Assembly: GCA_010909165.1 (NCBI GenBank)
Contig: MU008158.1
Location: 1,265,478 to 1,329,477 of the forward strand
From: Anthoceros angustus
Lineage: Eukaryota > Plantae > Anthocerotophyta
DNA length: 64,000 nt
Direction: 5' to 3'
In this document: in pieces, positions 63,501-64,000 of the stretch
Numbering within the stretch: the first letter of the stretch is position 1
Layout of the letters: every line of letters starts with the position of its first letter
Notes under the pieces: model-generated
Seen by the model: the letters and a program-made list of their open reading frames with translations, nothing else
Database searches by the model: none
Told to the model about the DNA's origin: nothing
Translations under genes and position numbers: made by a program

Positions 63501-64000
63501 TCTGACAGGGAGCAGATGGCTCGCAACATACAGGTGATACTGACACCAGTTGTGCTGCGGCTCCTTGACTCTAGAGTATTGCAGGAGCCCCCAGACCAGA
63601 CCTTCATTACTCAGCGTGATGGGTCTGTCAGTGGAACGGACGGGGAATGGATAGCAGAAGCTGCAACTTGTGGCGTAGCAGCCACTGCCGGGGAATGGGT
63701 GTTTGATAGACTCTTAGCTGTTCTGCACTTCATCTCAAACGGAATGCCATCAGCTCTCCTAGATCAAGAGGTAGCGGAAAGGATGCAGGTCGAGTTGGAC
63801 CAGGTGACTTCCGCAGTCACACCTCACCTGTTGACAGTTATGTCTACCGCGCCGCCTTTCAGTTGCAGGATCAATGCAGGACCCCCTGAATTGTCTCAGA
63901 CAACTCTGGCTTCCTTGCAATCTGGATATCTTGCTGGACAAGCTACCCAAATGGGTACTCAGACCAGGGATGCACCTGGTGGTGATAGTGATGCAGCTAG
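57525..64000 (+). CDS. MED12: Mediator kinase-module subunit MED12 (CCT/CRP), 3'-partial, single uninterrupted ORF of more than 2150 aa
   Basis: LAPYTLFCSREPL..LGPPDYFPQ, GQVYGVALSGPMLHKPGVFPEQR, RATWCVRVIFLN, LDNLHPATFHWQWVELRLLLNEQ, LLVRPDAAAMY, WLRLQFLMPLLP. The ATG at 57525 follows an in-frame TGA. No closed ORF in this frame appears in the track, consistent with an open frame to the window edge. Confidence 0.93.
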   Translation, partial: MLKAPTPEKADHRLAPYTLFCSREPLSGTLGPPDYFPQSSVSAEESLSRETCQHGYKEVVEGVDEQREATFTLAQQSTWTKQNLGRYKEAIHKRLRAVNVCLVRKLKIGQVYGVALSGPMLHKPGVFPEQRLYADDFRRKWLDDLAQNTSLRLLSDHVPTGVHLHDLLELAAGRNFPVVRATWCVRVIFLNLIRHTSGPAGSDKGQGKRTESWTKEILEVADSLVSAICVGGDSNVTRGGQGTRSAQKKQLGYDSFRKLNDAVGQHGLTAVCQFVMCLTQWHCAQGLLNKATLIEFTLKQLSERESIKALELLLPMALFLLDGLSAPQAQVHTFVRLCAHWLQRISSAGSPLQLPDQPRLLYLKKSLVEVARYFLKALPPVSTALDCFPLLKTNSSVSQTKGYFYAGILSIDPGKLHESERARPASLAQAACSHLDNVAYLEKSLVPHKLLFPDICEAIAKGSSSLSKTVKPGFLEKNECKVLHGLDQALLGGDVLGAVCVVFGESRSSLPDDWLLGLYTSCPSIYCAIDPLQLSGVMSVCEWAVSGFREHRDVSGSFDGAFAVTDMSRIYLAISVLSLTVGEGRGMDVETFASNLGVGPLKRDKGSKGMLSTVKLLAGDAVQSNVLAGKHASRKTSRVMHNLIVAWLDQLDACKGKGSERLQLLLAELGRASLFCPGSYVRMLVTNGILEKSDTEADYTRAQRHRRLVSLLPKYEDLDSRRVDGGDKRDAIRGKLGVPSWNERRVALFGLSCRRKRVRDQGVRNSVHRLCHLCQQESTENMYDARLNDKTFRKKSLEGGMGSTGHFSCISLPELKLRICAFLRLPDSSVALKPRRASRKDCLKPSIPSTPAGFAIMADDGNIAGSCEGCSRSKRAKGVDGREADHHVLQSALKEEDWWSKQPQKVNTVEAFVKQPTKQSARGRPKVVRKTQGLAQLAATPEDTQSSLSAHRTLKGSCPPVSSEDNQEHSLDVHGLGPSGNLSLDLQKGNTGNDLCVLGAAVKDLHLSDRWELAQWLTQAIRRNLGKKPSTSSDGNCIAGRSLIASTGLVDVGSENGWQMDDEQFKAIVYLLHMTNDLRVLLELLLWLLSVVSLQRASARGMNNRNGAKVPTNKGELVRQVGEATIMYYIRRFDTAVAAMDLLPLVLTTGMQSAAKMLAKAPAAKASCRGVLSHVWAIMKKYGNLASVQSWETGWRASGGDKQLQAELEALKAADPDGGFGIHGRGACDTDDKHDDPVYMRLTGRLARTGAHMKETVQRHLGDMTHRLIARAKDFSGPGQLRDGDRDALDGILQTAQRAVSGLVEAIRQSGGSPVDPSLLAAAVAAVVVNVPTAVVSVFSAFVGTPNLPGAPSGLGPCVYCARYVLQMHIHCISFLKEVFGDHQSRLLEVALASEAVSVISSTLNRSPRMQILSSSDTCDIPSSLGNDSAMASCMAVLGRPTVTTVASVAAFVTGVVVQGNVSLERVVSLLRIKEGLETLQLSFRGSVNIHGTGRTSVGGNALNKAAEANLYWFRVLIGNCRSVSAGLINALLGESNSLGLAHLQRSLPLSAVLPSAYSLFSIALQKQGRYFHAHNRDESILQAALLAANDVVAHQPFRAVCFSDTEALYNLLSVDTEESQHAASLDNQGLDVSSKLMSLVPLRARVFLYAILEKKVPDCWVSTGEKTCNPGAVDHKCLRQMDVYKNTEELVKVLDNLHPATFHWQWVELRLLLNEQVILEKLESANVTAVQALEAAFAPQESRQLTECEKTFTEIVLTRLLVRPDAAAMYSEVLHFLGQAFEEYLVLQVKWVLEGSDMLFGRKSLRQVLDNYAHRQGFTSGHQGMNVSRCLPFGRKGSSCENLSAIAKSADSSGFKRRDFKMESQSLNRQYVIEKALVEMVLPCLVRSSVDACCGFGIELAKQLTNLEQHLSMLSRMNGRHVATFSASDNFNHKGLVQQRGSMAWLDNGSPGVGRKSLPPSSESQPLYAAAIQASVWLRLQFLMPLLPIIYSDREQMARNIQVILTPVVLRLLDSRVLQEPPDQTFITQRDGSVSGTDGEWIAEAATCGVAATAGEWVFDRLLAVLHFISNGMPSALLDQEVAERMQVELDQVTSAVTPHLLTVMSTAPPFSCRINAGPPELSQTTLASLQSGYLAGQATQMGTQTRDAPGGDSDAA

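Overview
Eukaryotic nuclear DNA from a compact land-plant genome: short (about 70-150 bp) GT-AG introns and dense genes. A non-seed plant such as a hornwort is my inference, not proven. Gene order: BAC2-like mitochondrial carrier (-); a 12-exon Gly-rich protein resembling a fungal/protist uncharacterised family (-); a Raver1/2-like triple-RRM protein with a ~610-aa acidic repeat N-terminus and Gln-rich tail (-); a chimeric PORR/GT32 pseudogene fragment; a ~8-kb TE island (long-TIR element, Crypton/DUF3504-like tyrosine-recombinase relic, deleted copia element); PORR gene 1 (-); GT32 alpha-1,4-glycosyltransferase (-); VPS33 (-); PORR gene 2 (+); RHD3/SEY1 (-); NOP53 (+); a second TE island (CRE-like RLE non-LTR retroelement split by a solo LTR, repeat-rich Ulp1-like relic); ATXR1/SDG35-like TPR-SET protein (+); and MED12 as one uninterrupted ORF of more than 6.4 kb running off the window (+). 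I saw no rRNA, tRNA or CRISPR array. Best novelty candidates: the Raver-like protein with PTB-interaction-like motifs, the fungal-type Gly-rich gene (possible HGT), the Crypton-like relic and the intronless MED12. All homology calls come from motif recognition by eye and memory; no searches were run.
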